Assembly (NCBI GenBank): GCA_950097015.1
Contig: CATNEN010000034.1
Coordinates: 1,240,001-1,304,000, forward strand
From: Macrostomum hystrix
Lineage: Eukaryota > Animalia > Platyhelminthes
Direction: 5' to 3'
DNA: 64,000 nucleotides
The notes beneath the pieces were generated by a model. That model was given only the letters and a program-made list of their open reading frames with translations, had not been told where the DNA came from and searched no databases. The translations under genes and the position numbers were made by a program. The stretch's first letter is position 1, and every line of letters starts with the position of its first letter. Shown one piece after another: positions 28,277 through 40,735 of this stretch.

Positions 28277-29205
28277 CTAGGTTAAAGAAAGTGAATATGG
28301 GAGAGGTTACTGTTAAGAATAGGTACATTTGCAAATATTGTGATAAAAACTGGTGTAGAAGCAAATATAAAACAACAAAGCTGGAAGTAATATAAATGTT
28401 TCTTTCATTAGCAAAACAAAAAGACTGACATTGGATGATTGAAGGCTATTATTAAGGCCTTTTGGCTGTCAACCAAACTACTAGCCTATTACCAAGCGTT
28501 CTTATCCAATCAGCAAGGGACTGACAAACAAATAGAGAAGTATCAAACTTACTGTAGCAAACTGACCAATGCTAATGGTCATGCAAATGTCATGCTATAC
28601 AGTTGGTACCCAGTATACATTCTCAATGCTTAATCCTGATTTGTTGTAAGGACACAGTAAAATTTTTCTATAGAGTGTAGATATAGTGTAGAACACAAAA
28701 AAATAATTAAACCAGGTATACTATCTACATACACTTATTAACTAATCAGTTCTTATTAACAGGCAACTGTCATACGAATAAAATAGCTAAAAAGATAGCT
28801 TTCTATTATAAAAAAGACAAGTGGATGTTTAATTTAGGAAACCCTTTTAATGCATCTATGGCTTATGTCTATGTCTAAAGAAAACATTCTGAGTAATTTT
28901 TTAGTTACAAAAATTTGGAGGCAAATATTAATAAAAGGCTATTTGGGAGAAAGCCAGAATTGCTAGACACTTAAAATGACTAGAAACCAGATATATAAAC
29001 ATTGTATAAATATCTATGAAAACACAGAGAGATCTGGGAACTATATATAAGACATATTCATTAAGAAATTGGCCAGAACCCCAGAAATAAAAGTATTGAA
29101 ACATTTAGATACCACTATATGTGCAATTGTAAATGGTAGACCATAGCCATAGCATGGAGCCTACTACGAGTAGTTGCTCTATAGATTTCATTTGATAAAT
29201 TTTAG

Positions 29206-29850
29206 GAAAGTGCTTATTCCCACGGTCCCATGCCGATAATTTTCTGCTTATCCACATGGCAGCTTGTATGAATATGTCTACTTTCAAGTCCCTACCTATT
29301 CTTCTCTGAGCATAAGGCTTTTGCTTCAGAGTATAGTGTATAGTGTACACTATCAATGCATAGTGTAAAAGAATAACAATGATGTATAATATATGTGACG
29401 AGTTTGGTGCTGACTAGAATTCTGCTGGTTGACTTATATGATTTTCTTTGATAGACTTCTTACTTTTTTTAAGTCAATACAATTCGAATGAAAACATGTA
29501 ATGATGACAAAAGATTTAGTAATTTGTTATTACAATAATTAAAAAGGATGACATTAATGTCAGTTAATGAATGTGTAGGTCGAAATGTAGAACACTGTCG
29601 TAACGCACTGTCAACTTTGTCGATCTATTGGCTCGAGGGTTCAACAAAATGTTCAAATGCGAAAGGGCCTTGTTTCAAAGAACAGAACCATGCGGATAAA
29701 ATTTCAGAAATTAACGGCACGGCATATTTATATAAAGAGTTGTAGACCTATTCATACAAGCTGCCGTGTGGATAAGCAGAAAATTATCGGCACGGATCCA
29801 TGTGGATAAAATGAAATTATTGGTATGGGACCGTGGGAATAAGCTCTGCC
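29206..29850. mobile_element. MITE with long imperfect TIRs and 9-bp TSD (MULE- or Merlin-type), copy 1
   Basis: TSD aaattttag at 29197-29205 and 29851-29859; ends gaaagtgcttattcccacggtccc... and ...gggaccgtgggaataagctctgcc; no ORF. Confidence 0.85.
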
Positions 29851-31057
29851 AAATTTTAGAGCTATTTTGTATGATATGATACCTATAGTTGAGCCTTATG
29901 TATGGCTGTTGCTTTGTTTGGCTATTTTGCTTTGTTGCCAATTTTTCATAGAGCTGTTTTGGTATATCAATTTCTTTATTTAAAAAATGGAAGAATGATT
30001 TCTTCACACACATTATATAAGGTCCATGTAAAAAACAAAACAGACTGTAGCAGACTTAACAGACTACAGTAAGACCAAGGAAGTAAATTTCTAATATTAT
30101 AGCAAACTATAGCAGCTAAAATATTGAACGATAGCTACAGAGAGAAGACATATATTATAGTGTCAATGACATATATTTATAAAATGAAACAATTATGAAG
30201 CATCAGCAAGTATTCAATGTGACATTGCTAGCTAGTGGATAAATAAAAACTGAAAGCAAAGTAGTGTCATATATTTGCTTACTCGTTGATCCAGTCCCTG
30301 CGAAATTTCATATGGAGTCAAGTTATTGTAGGACATTGAACACTAACAATATATTGTTACTGATAAACAGTCACTGGCTTTATTTTAATTGAGTTAAACT
30401 TTTAAAAGTAAAACAGTAGATAGATCGACAATAAAGTTAGGAAAACTGCGGAACAGAAAAATACTTTATAGTTAAAAGTTAAGCTAAAATTGACAACTAG
30501 ATATAAAAAGCTGAGTTAATTTGTCGCTAGATCACTTAGTTTAATTTCAGTCCAGTAGCTATAATAACATAAATCGTTCAGCACAGAAAGAGAAAATTTT
30601 GCACCATATAAGGAAAAAAACAAATTAGTTTTTTGTTGGATGAATACTGGCACATTTCTTTTAATTCTCAGTATAGTTGTAAACTATTTTCGTTCTAAAA
30701 TATAACTGTTTACTTTTTGTTTATCTTATTTGAGCATATTAGAAAGCTTTGTTTTTTTGTAAAAATGTCGTACATTTTTAAATTGTTTCGTGTTCTTAAT
30801 TGTTATTTATATTCTTAATTATTCTAATCTTTCTTATATACTAAAAATGAAATGGTTGGTTGGTTGCTTGTAATTGATTTTCTTTCTAATCTAATTCTAA
30901 TTATATCTTTTTATTATTGCCTTAATTTTGTAAATATGTTAACAGGCTGTTAAAGAAATTAAAGCAGTATTTATAGATATCTAATTGACTTGTTTTTTAA
31001 TTTAAACTTAGATGAAAACAAACTCCAATAACTTAAGCAATTTTAACTTGCTTGTAA

Positions 31058-31709
31058 GGAAGTGCTTATTTCCACGGTCCTGTGCCAATAATTTTAATTT
31101 TATCCACATGGATCCGCACCGATAATTTTCTGCTTATCCACATGGCAGCTTGTATGAATAGGTTTACTTTCAAGTCCCTACCTATTCTTCTCTGAGCATA
31201 AGGCTTTTGCTTCAGAGTATAGTGTATAGTGTACACTATCAATGCATAGTGTAAAAGAATAACAATGATGTATAATATGTGTGACGAGTTTGGTGCTGAC
31301 TAGAATTCTGCTGGTTGACTCGTGTGATTTTCTTTGATAGACTTCTTACTTTTTTTTAAGTCAATACAATTCGAATGAAAACACGTAACGATGACAAAAG
31401 ATTTAGTAAGTTGTTATTACAATAATTATAAAGGATGACATTAATGTCAGTTAATAAATGTGTAGGTCAAAATGTAGAACACTGTTGTAACACACTGGCA
31501 ACTTTGTTGATCTATTGGCTCGAGGGTTCAACAAAATGTTCAAATGCAAAAGGGCCTCGTTTCAAAGAACAGAACCATGTGGATAAAATTAAAATTAATG
31601 GCACGGCATATTTATATAAAGAGTTTTAGACCTATTCATACATGTTGGCACAGATCCATGTGGATAAAATTGAAATTATCGGCATGGGACCGTGGGAAAA
31701 AGCCCTGCC
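31058..31709. mobile_element. Same MITE family, copy 2
   Basis: TSD tgcttgtaa at 31049-31057 and 31710-31718; internal sequence colinear with copy 1. Confidence 0.85.
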
Positions 31710-32093
31710 TGCTTGTAAAGTAAATATATTAGAATCTTGCTGCATTCTGATACTGAACTGCATTCAATTCTTACTCAAGTGCATTATATTATTGCTAAAC
31801 TGCACTAGATTACTAAAATGCATTGTGTTTTCTAGAATTTGATTTCTGCCAATAACTAATATTCCTATCAACATGCCCTTGTCAATATGATTGTTATGTT
31901 GTTGCTAAATGCTAAAAGCTGGTTAAAAGCTGCTCTAATCCATTATTATTATTACACTTAAATGTGTAAAATATGTGTTGCTAATATCTGATGAGAACAT
32001 TTCATTCCAATATCAATTAGGTAGGTCACAATTTTATTTGATATTGCTCACTTTATCAACTGCCATTTCATTAAACAGTGGACAAATGGACTT

Positions 32094-32939
32094 AGTACCT
32101 GGACATTTCGTCATCTTACAACTTCGTCATCTATAAAACAAAAGTTTTCTAAGTTAGAACAGAACCACCCCTCCCCACATCATGTTGGCACCTATCTTTC
32201 AACTCTTATAATGAATCTTACTCTTACAGTTTTGACACCTCTTTTTGACTATTTAGAGTGAGGTGTGTTGACACCTCAGCGATCTTTTGGTTTCCCTCTC
32301 TAAATTATTTTAACTCTTTTCAAACTTTTTAGAGTCATTCAGGTAAAGTTCAGGTAATAAAATATTATGTTAATTATTAATTAGACTGGATAGTAATGGG
32401 TGATCTAGTATAGGATGTTGCCAATGTGTTGTTCAGGGAAAGCTCGATGCCATGTGAACTCCTGCTGGTAAGTTTCAAACAGGTTGTTGCTTGTTCTATG
32501 CATCCCTCAAATTTACAATTCCCCCACATTCCCTTGACAGTGGTGCCTCGCCATCCAACACATTGCCTCACCAACATTGGGCACCAATGCAACTAGTCCT
32601 CAATGATTGACATCAATGTCACACAGAACTATGCTGTTGAGGACTTCGGTGGCTGGGACAATGGTCTGTGGGGCAGGAGGTTGACCAGCCATTCTAGAAG
32701 TAGCTGAAAAGTTTGAAAAAAAGCATTAAATAATTTAGAGCAAGAAACCAAAAAAAGATTGCCCACACCTCTTTGCCCCACCACCCCGCCCTCACTTATT
32801 GATAACAAACTTGATTGCTTGTTAAATTAGTAGATGACAAACTGACCAAACTTTTAAGCATGCCAATTGGCTGGATGATGAAGTGTCCTACCTTCCAAGT
32901 GGATGACAAAGTTGTAAGATGACAAAGTGTCTAGGATCC
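32094..32939 (-). mobile_element. Merlin (IS1595/ISXO2-like) DNA transposon deletion derivative
   Basis: TIRs agtacctggacatttcgtcatcttacaac and the reverse complement of the right end ggatcctagacactttgtcatcttacaac; TSD aatggact(t/g). Broken minus-strand frames at about 32405-32620 give VNH...TTVKGMWGNCK...LFETYQQEFTWHRAF, resembling the Merlin transposase C-terminus. Confidence 0.65.
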
Positions 32940-33009
32940 AATGGACTGGTCCCTATAATTGGTCATTTTGTCAAATAGCCTATTATGCAATAATTATATA
33001 CATATTGTA

Positions 33010-34338
33010 CTGGGTGGCCCATGCGTTTAAGGACAACTTAAAAATTATCAAATGTATATACATTTTTAATATAAAAACAACCAACAAACAAAAACTTTAA
33101 CATTTTAACTGACCGCCATAATGTCTAGATGGCAACTAAAAATAACATTTACTCAATGTAGCCCCCCTCCGCTGCATACACGGCTTCAATGCGAGACCGA
33201 AACTTGGTACAGGCACCTCTGATGACGGCAGGGCCCTGAGCTGACCAGGCAGCACTAACAGCAACTTGGAGAGTCTCCATGGTAGCATAAGTTGTTAAAC
33301 ATGCAATGTGGGCCACGTTGTTTCACACAAAGTAATCGAGAGGAGAACAGTCTGGACTCAATGGTGGCCAAGTGGTCGCATCCCAGAAGTCCTCGCCAAG
33401 CTCCTGGCAAAGAAATTCTTGAGTAGCAACAGCCGTGTGGGCAGGAGCGCCGTCCTGCTGAAAAACAAACGTACCTGGGGCAAAGTTGTGTCGAATCCAT
33501 GGCAGTACATAATCCTGCAGCATGCGGATGTACTCGGCTGAGTTGATTTTCACTCCAGCTGGTACCCAGATCGGGGGAGCCACCCTGCCGTCCGAAGCCA
33601 CAACACCAAGAAACATGGCACCTTTGGCATGTTGCTGGCGAGGCATGAAGCGGTGTTCCTCCGCAGCAGAGCTGGAGTCTCCTGACGGTGCCAGATATCG
33701 GTCATTCTGTCGATTGAAGGCCCTGTCGACGGTCCAGAACTTCTCATCGCTGAAGATCAGAACCTTCCCGGCGTCCGGTCCTTTCAGTTGGTTGATTAAT
33801 TGACGGCACCGTTCTGCTCGAACAGATCTGGCAGTTGCTGTTAATGCCTGCGATTCTTTAATCTTATACGAACTGAGGTCAAGGTCTTCGTGTACCAGCC
33901 TCTGCATCGTGCTCCTTGAAACACCACTTGACCTGGCAAGCTCCCTGATGGACACTCGAGGGTCAGCTTTGATCCTCTCAGCCACAGTTTCGCGAAGCTC
34001 CTCTGACCTGATTGGTCTTGGAGAGTTGTGGGGTTTCCTTTCAACTGCCGCAGCAGCTCCAACTTCTTCAATGTCACTCTTGACGGCGTAAACAAACGAC
34101 CTTGCAACATTGAGGTTCTCTGCTATCTGTGCTGGGCTTATACCCCGCGCGAGTTGGTCTACCACCATCAAACATTTAGCGCGATTCATGGCTAATGCTA
34201 AGTTGCCGAAAATTTTCGCAGCAGCTACAGACTATATAGATACTATTTTGTCTATGACCAAAACTATTGTGCTCTAGCTACCGCTGGCTTTGCTTTCTTC
34301 TATTTTTAAGGTTGTCCTTAAACGCATGGGCCACCCGG
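33010..34338 (-). mobile_element. Full-length Tc1/mariner element, maT (DD37D-like) group
   Basis: TA target duplication on both sides; about 36-bp TIR c(t/c)gggtggcccatgcgtttaaggacaac; single transposase frame. Confidence 0.95.
33149..34189 (-). pseudogene. Mariner-family transposase with one premature TGA
   Basis: HTH region, FSDE, FQQDGAPAH and SPDCSPLDY motifs. The TGA at 33323-33325 sits where W is expected (YFVW); the frame continues to EGGYIE-stop at 33149. Confidence 0.9.
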
Positions 34339-34434
34339 TACATACTATACTGTATATTTAGTCTGGGTGCAAGGTGCAAAGTCATGGTTTGTAGCCATGA
34401 GCCAAATAGGCATAAAAAAGTTATATATATTTAG

Positions 34435-34463
34435 CTTTTCTTTAATTGCATATCAAAGTGAGT
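34435..34463 (+). promoter_or_regulatory. Candidate 5'TOP start and non-coding exon 1 donor of rpL8
   Basis: cttttcttt followed by aattgcatatcaaa|gtgagt; a matching acceptor tttttttgcag lies 2 nt before the ATG. Confidence 0.4.
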
Positions 34464-35104
34464 GCTTTTGCAAAGCCTGCAAAATGGGCCAAGATAGATT
34501 ATAATATACTCAACTTTAGGCTGTTATTGTCTATTGAACAGTAGCCCTCCTCCTTTCTCATTCTGGGCTTGGGACTAGACAATGTCAAGTTACTGCCAGT
34601 TTCACTGACTAGCAATTTTATGGCTAAGAGATCCCAATATATCACAAAAGAAAAAATATGCAATGTTAACCTTTAAATGAAACTAAAATTACCTTAATTA
34701 CCAAGTGTAATTACCTTATACTAAAAATCTTTTTAATGTCTTAAAATAGCTCTAAAATGTACCATATTCCAAACTTAATTTGAAATATGGTAGATGTCCT
34801 GTATGTGCTTTATGTATAGAAATAACACATGCAGTATAAATTAGCCAGGCTTAAGTAAATGTATGATTCATGCAGCAAGGTAGCAACAATAAATTGTCTT
34901 TGAGTACTTAGCAACTGCTATATTAAAATTCCTTGAAATTTGAATGTTTATTTTCATATGAAGTGGCTTTTGCTTATTAAAATGATTTTGAAAAGAATTT
35001 TTATTTTTTTTCTTGTATTTTATTTGCCACTTTCATAAAAATCAAGCTGGCATGTATGCTATACAGCTTACCAGCTGTCTATTTTGTTGTCTTTTTTTGC
35101 AGCA

Positions 35105-36377
35105 ATGGGTCGCGTCATCCGATCCCAGCGCAAGGGTGCTGGCAGCGTGTTCCGGGCGCACACAAAGCGCAGGAAGGGAGCCGCCAGGCTGAGACCAATC
35201 GACTTCGCTGAGCGCAACGGCTACATTAAGGGCGTTGTTAAAGACATCATCCACGATCCAGGCCGTGGCGCTCCCTTAGCCAAGGTGACCTTTCGCGACC
35301 CCTACCGCTATCGCCAGATCACCGAGACATTCGTGGCCGCCGAGGGCGTCCACACAGGCCAGTTCATCTACTGCGGCAAGAAGGGTGCGGCGCCTAGATA
35401 TATTCATTTTAGCCTATTTTATTACAAAAGATTCTATTAACTCGTCTGTAAGACTCGCTCCCACCTTGTCTTAAATAGCCAAGCTGCAGGTTGGCAACAT
35501 CCTGCCCCTGAGCTCCATGCCCGAAGGCACCATCATCTGCTGCGTGGAGGAGAAGTCTGGCGATCGCGGCCGTCTGGCTAAGGCCTCCGGCAACTATGCC
35601 ACCCTGATCGCGCACAATCCGGACACTAAGCGCTCGCGCATGAAGCTGCCCAGTGGAGCTAAGAAGATTGTGCCGTCCGCCTGTCGGGCTATGATTGGTT
35701 AGCTTTTGCTAATAGACTTTATTGCCTTTCTTTTGGTTGGCACTATTTATCTTTTGCATGATCGCATCACTTTCCACCTTTTTATTAACCATTGTACCTT
35801 GTCCTCAGAGCCTTCATCTCTAGATCGGTTATTGCCCTTAACTTCCGTGCCTATAGCATCTTTGATCATTCATCACTCTACCTCCACTGCCTGCGTCATG
35901 TTCCTTTGTTATACACTCTCTAGATTGGTCATTACCCTTAACTATACACTCCCAGATTGGTCATTACCCTTGACTACACACTCTCAGATTGGTCATTACC
36001 CTTGACTACACACTCTCATATTGGTCATTGTATGGTAAGTTCTATTTCCCAATTGTTTATATTATCCCTATCATATAAAAAATCACCATCCAGGCATCGT
36101 TGCGGGCGGTGGCCGTATCGACAAGCCGATTATGAAGGCTGGCCGAGCCTACTGGAAGTACAAGGTCAAGCGCAACTGCTGGCCTAGAGTGCGCGGTGTC
36201 TGCATGAACCCCGTGGACCATCCATTCGGCGGTGGTAATCACCAGCACATCGGCAAGCCCAGCACGATCCGCAGAGACGCCAGCGCCGGTCGCAAGGTGG
36301 GCCTGATCGCCGCTAGGCGCACCGGTCGCCTGCGCGGCACCAAGGTCATTGTGGAGAAGAAGAGCGATAAGGAATAA
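35105..36377 (+). CDS. RPL8: 60S ribosomal protein L8 (uL2)
   Basis: Exons 35105-35384, 35479-35697, 36094-36377: [16 protein letters not shown]...[11 protein letters not shown]...[22 protein letters not shown]...[17 protein letters not shown]. Confidence 0.97.
35910..36030. repeat. 32-bp tandem repeat (about 3.5 copies) in an rpL8 intron
   Basis: agattggtcattacccttgactacacactctc repeated at 32-bp spacing. Confidence 0.85.
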
Positions 36378-37924
36378 AATATTAGCCTGGCCTCCCTTTG
36401 GTAGACGCTTTTTGTGTGACTGGCTGAAAATTCTGAATGATTGAATTGACAGACGCTTGGAAGCAAAAATTCAAAATAAATTATTGGGCAGTCAGTTTTA
36501 ATCTGTGTTTTGGAAGCAAAAAATCTTGAAAATCAATACCTTTACTTGCTTGTATTCTTTAATTATTTTAGTCGGCGGTCTGCATACGAGTATCAACAGT
36601 CTGTTTGCTTTATCACTTGACCCTCTTGCTGTTAACGAGTTTAGTGACTCCGTACTTGCCGCTTGTGGATTGCGCAGCTGAAGTGTCTCGCCACTGAAGT
36701 CATTGAATGTCTTTCTGCTGAGATCGCTCTAGCCTTGCCCCTGTTATATGGCAGAACAGCGTTGCTGTTAACTTAACGATGTAGGAAGTCTAGTAGACTG
36801 TTGTGTCATTGGCATTCCTTCCTTGTTCTCATGTTCTACAACAAGTTCATTTGGTCGTGAATATTCGTCATTGTCTACTTAAAGTGGTCAACTATGTGAG
36901 TAGAAGCATTGGATCTGAGCTTTTTTACGTGCTTACGCACGAGCCCGCGGTGATGTCTATTTAGGGCGCTATTTAATCAGACAAAAATAACAGACAAAGA
37001 CAAACACGACTGCCTAATTATCCGACTGCATAGCGAAGACCTGAGGTCTGAGGAGTCAGTGTGCTTTCTTAAAAGTTGGGCTTCGCTTTAACCAAATCAG
37101 AAAGCTGACGAACAAAAGCCTAATTGGAGTGGTCCTTCTACCTTGCCGGCCCTTGAAGGATTCTGCCTTAGTTTAGAGGTTCTTTGATGAGGATTAAGAA
37201 AGCAATCAGTTATTTTAAGGGTTTCGCTTACTATGCTCCTCTTTTTTCGGAAGAGATTATTTCATCGGGCTAAATTTTGAACAACTGTTAATTACAGAAT
37301 CGTGCTGGCCAAAACGTTAACGACTTTGCAGCGAATCTGGTCACCCCCGTGTGTGGCTTCATTCACTGGGGCTGTTGGGCGCACAGAAAATTAATAAGAT
37401 TAAAAACTTCAAAGTTGGACCGAAACAGCAATGGGGAGTAGAGGCGCGCTTCTATTAGAAAACTGAAAGAGGATGGAGTGGGAGGCTGAACCGTGCCGCA
37501 ATTCATGTTCCACAGGGAGCCGGCCGGTGCGCACAAACACATAGACGAGTTGAGGGCCATTGTTGTTGAGTCTGATTCCTCTCGCGGGTAAACCTAACGG
37601 GATCATTCTTATGTCCGAGGGACGTGGCCAAGGGTCTGTCGGCACTGACTGCTCTCCAGCCACTCTCGAAGCCGGCCAACTGTTATTTCGGCGCTCAGTT
37701 TCTCGCGGCGGGATCTTTGAAGGAGAAATTTTCTCTGAATTCGAGTGGAGCTTTTCTAATTGCGTGACCTCTCATCTTGACGCTTTGGTCATTGCCGCAC
37801 GGTGTTGAAATATTGTAAAAACTGTTATGTCGTTAATTCTCAACAAGACAAATCTGGTTAGAGATTTCATCCATGGTCATTGCTTGCTTTCTTTACTAAA
37901 TCCATGGAATTTTCCCGCTGCAAT

Positions 37925-38375
37925 TTTTAGGGATCCTCACCGAATCTATGGGATATTTGGAGATCCTCGTCGATTCTATGGGATATTTGGAGATCCTCAC
38001 CGAATCTATGGGATATTTGGAGATCCTCGTCGAATCTATGGGATATTTGGAGATCCTCGTCGAATCTATGGGATATTTGGAGATCCTCGTCGAATCTATG
38101 GGATATTTGGAGATCCTCGTCGAATCTATGCGATATTTGGAGATCCTCGTCGAATCTATGGGATATTTGGAGATCCTCGTCGAATCTATGGGATATTTGG
38201 AGATCCTCGCCGAATCTATGGGATATTTGGAGATCCTCGCTATGTCTGTGGGATATTTGGAGATCCTCGCCGAATCTATGGGATATTTGGAGATCCTGGC
38301 CGAAGCTATGGGATATTTGGAGATCCTGGCTGAATCTGTGGGATTTTTAGGGATCTTAACTGAATCTATAGACTT
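37925..38375. repeat. 30-bp minisatellite (gggatatttggagatcctcgtcgaatctat)n
   Basis: About 15 copies seen directly. Confidence 0.95.
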
Positions 38376-39339
38376 TTTATGAAGCCTGACAGAATGGGAC
38401 TTTTTGGGATCCTGGCAAAATATATTTGAGTTTGCAATGCGTGGACCTTGGCCTTACTTCAGCTTACTTTTGCTACATGCTTTTCCGCGCAAGGCCCCAT
38501 GACGTGAAACTTGGACGCATATGCGAGCGTAATAAGTTTGATGGTTAAACTATGCGCCAGGCAGTACGCACTTCCGCTTCAGATTCCTCCGCGCACCTCG
38601 GATGAGAGCTGGGACTAATGTGGAAAAGAAAAAGGGAGGCATTCAATTGTGTTTGGCCTTATCGCAGCTGCGCCGCCGCTGCTTCTGCAGACTTGACTGC
38701 ACGACTTCAAATGCCAATTATTTCCTCAGAGCACTTGTGATGAAGAGAGAGAGGAGGGAGTGGGAGGAGATGAGAGGGGGCAACCTTCCAGGTGGAGGCT
38801 GTGACGTGGGCGCTAGCGAGCCGCCCCGGGAGATTGCAAATATTATTTAATTCCCCCAAAAGCCTCAATTGTTCCCCTTGTCCGTAGACAGAAGAAGCAG
38901 AAGAAGCGGGCGTTGGAGAGGGCAGAGCTCCGGGGGCGAAGTTTTCTGAGTGAGAGAGAGAGAGCAGAGTTTGTTGTGAAAAGAGTGAGTGAGAGACAAA
39001 ACCCCATGGGAGAAAATGAAAGATGCAGGTGGACTCGCGGCTTCTGGATTATAATATCATGCGCGCCACCTCCCCTGCACTGCTGCCATTCAAACAAAGA
39101 ACAAAGCCGACCAGCCCTGCATGCCTGGTGGCCCAATAATAATGGATTGGACAGCTTATCTCTCCAGCGCCTGTCACTCAGTTTCACACCTATCTGTGGG
39201 GACTGCAAATTTGTTCTAGCTAACCTCTTGGCTTGACTTTTTTGACGCGTTGGGGAAACTAATATACTGAACACTGCAGGTCTTAATTACTCAGAAAATT
39301 AAGTATAATCTAGAATAGAATCGAATGATAAATGCACCT

Positions 39340-39460
39340 ACAGATGTACAGCCGAAGCTTTCAAAGGCTATGTACATCTGTTCAGTCCATGGACTGGGGA
39401 AGCTACCAAAGCCACAGAAATTTATTCCCAACTCTCATGGTGGTACCCATTCTTACAGCT
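39340..39460 (-). mobile_element. Degenerate CORE-like SINE fragment
   Basis: Contains ctgttcagtccatggactgggga and ggtacccatt, shared with the other copies. Confidence 0.55.
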
Positions 39461-39467
39461 CAACTCT

Positions 39468-39735
39468 TACAGACAGTAATGCTATCCACACAGACAGTAA
39501 TGCTGTCTACTCAGACAGTAATGCTGTCTACTCAGACAGTAATGCTGTCTACTCAGACAGTAATGCTGTCTACTCAGACAGTAATGCTGTCTACTCAGAC
39601 AGTAATGCTGTCTACTCAGACAGTAATGCTGTCAGCACCAAATCACTAGAATCCTGTAATGCTGTCAGCACCAAATCACTAGAATCCTGTAATGCTGTCA
39701 GCACCAAATCACTAGAATCCTGTAATGCTATCCAG
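39468..39735. repeat. 21-bp repeat (cagacagtaatgctgtctact) grading into a 33-bp derivative
   Basis: Seen directly; both units share gtaatgctgtc. Confidence 0.9.
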
Positions 39736-40411
39736 GTTGCTGTCAACCGGGCACCTGCGACTCCAACCAGCCTTCCAGAGTCAGCCAAATCCCAAGACCT
39801 TTTATCCCCCCTCCTTGAGATTCTCCCATTGCCAGCCTACTGCATCGCTGGTTTTAATTCTGCCCATTTTCCTGTTTAATTCCTGCCATTTCTAGGATCG
39901 CTCGACCTCTGCACCAAAAATTTTCCCCCGGGACGCGAATCGAGTTTCGACTTGGAAGAAGATTATCGAGCCTCCACGAATCCTGCCATTGTGGAAGCAA
40001 TGGGGAATTAAGAGAAAAGGCTTTTCTGTGGAAACAGAATGAGAGGAATGGGCGCAGAAAGGAGCATAGAGCGGAAAAGTGATACGGAAGCAGCAGCAGC
40101 AGCAGCAGCTCCTGGGACCAACCGATAAGCGTGGGTAAGAATCGGATTTTAGCAATTTTCCAATGCTGTGTAGCTGTTCTGAGCTCGGAGAAATGAAACC
40201 GAAATCCTCTGGACTATATTTGTTTTAATTCTGTGAAACTTCGCCTGTCTAAGTGGTAGCTTCCCTACTGTGGCCATGATTTTCATAGCACTTTATTTCT
40301 CATCATATTTAATTGAGACAACTTTAACAGACTAATATTTGGGACATTGTAGATTAGCTTTCCATTAGCTTTTTGGCATCGTTGCATTCATTTTTTTCTT
40401 TTGCTTTGCTT

Positions 40412-40735
40412 TCAACAGTTTACCTGTCACTGTCAACAGTTTACCTGTCACTGTCAACAGTTTACCTGTCACTGTCAACAGTTTACCTGTCACTGTCAAC
40501 AGTTTACCTGTCACTGTCAACAGTTTACCTGTCACTGTCAACAGTTTACCTGTCACTGTCAACAGTTTACCTGTCACTGTCAACAGTTTACCTGTCACTG
40601 TCAACAGTTTACCTGTCACTGTCAACAGTTTATCTGTCACTGTCAATAGTTTACCTGTCACTGTCAATAGTTTACCTGTCACTTTTAACAGTTTACCTGT
40701 CACTGTCAACAGTTTACCTGTCACTTTCAACATTT
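40412..40735. repeat. 21-bp minisatellite (acagtttacctgtcactgtca)n
   Basis: About 15 copies seen directly. Confidence 0.95.

Noticed and set aside
36560-36960. Possible Penelope/LINE remnant (LPYNRG-like peptide on the minus strand)
   Set aside because: Similarity is limited to a few residues with multiple stops, which is not supportable.
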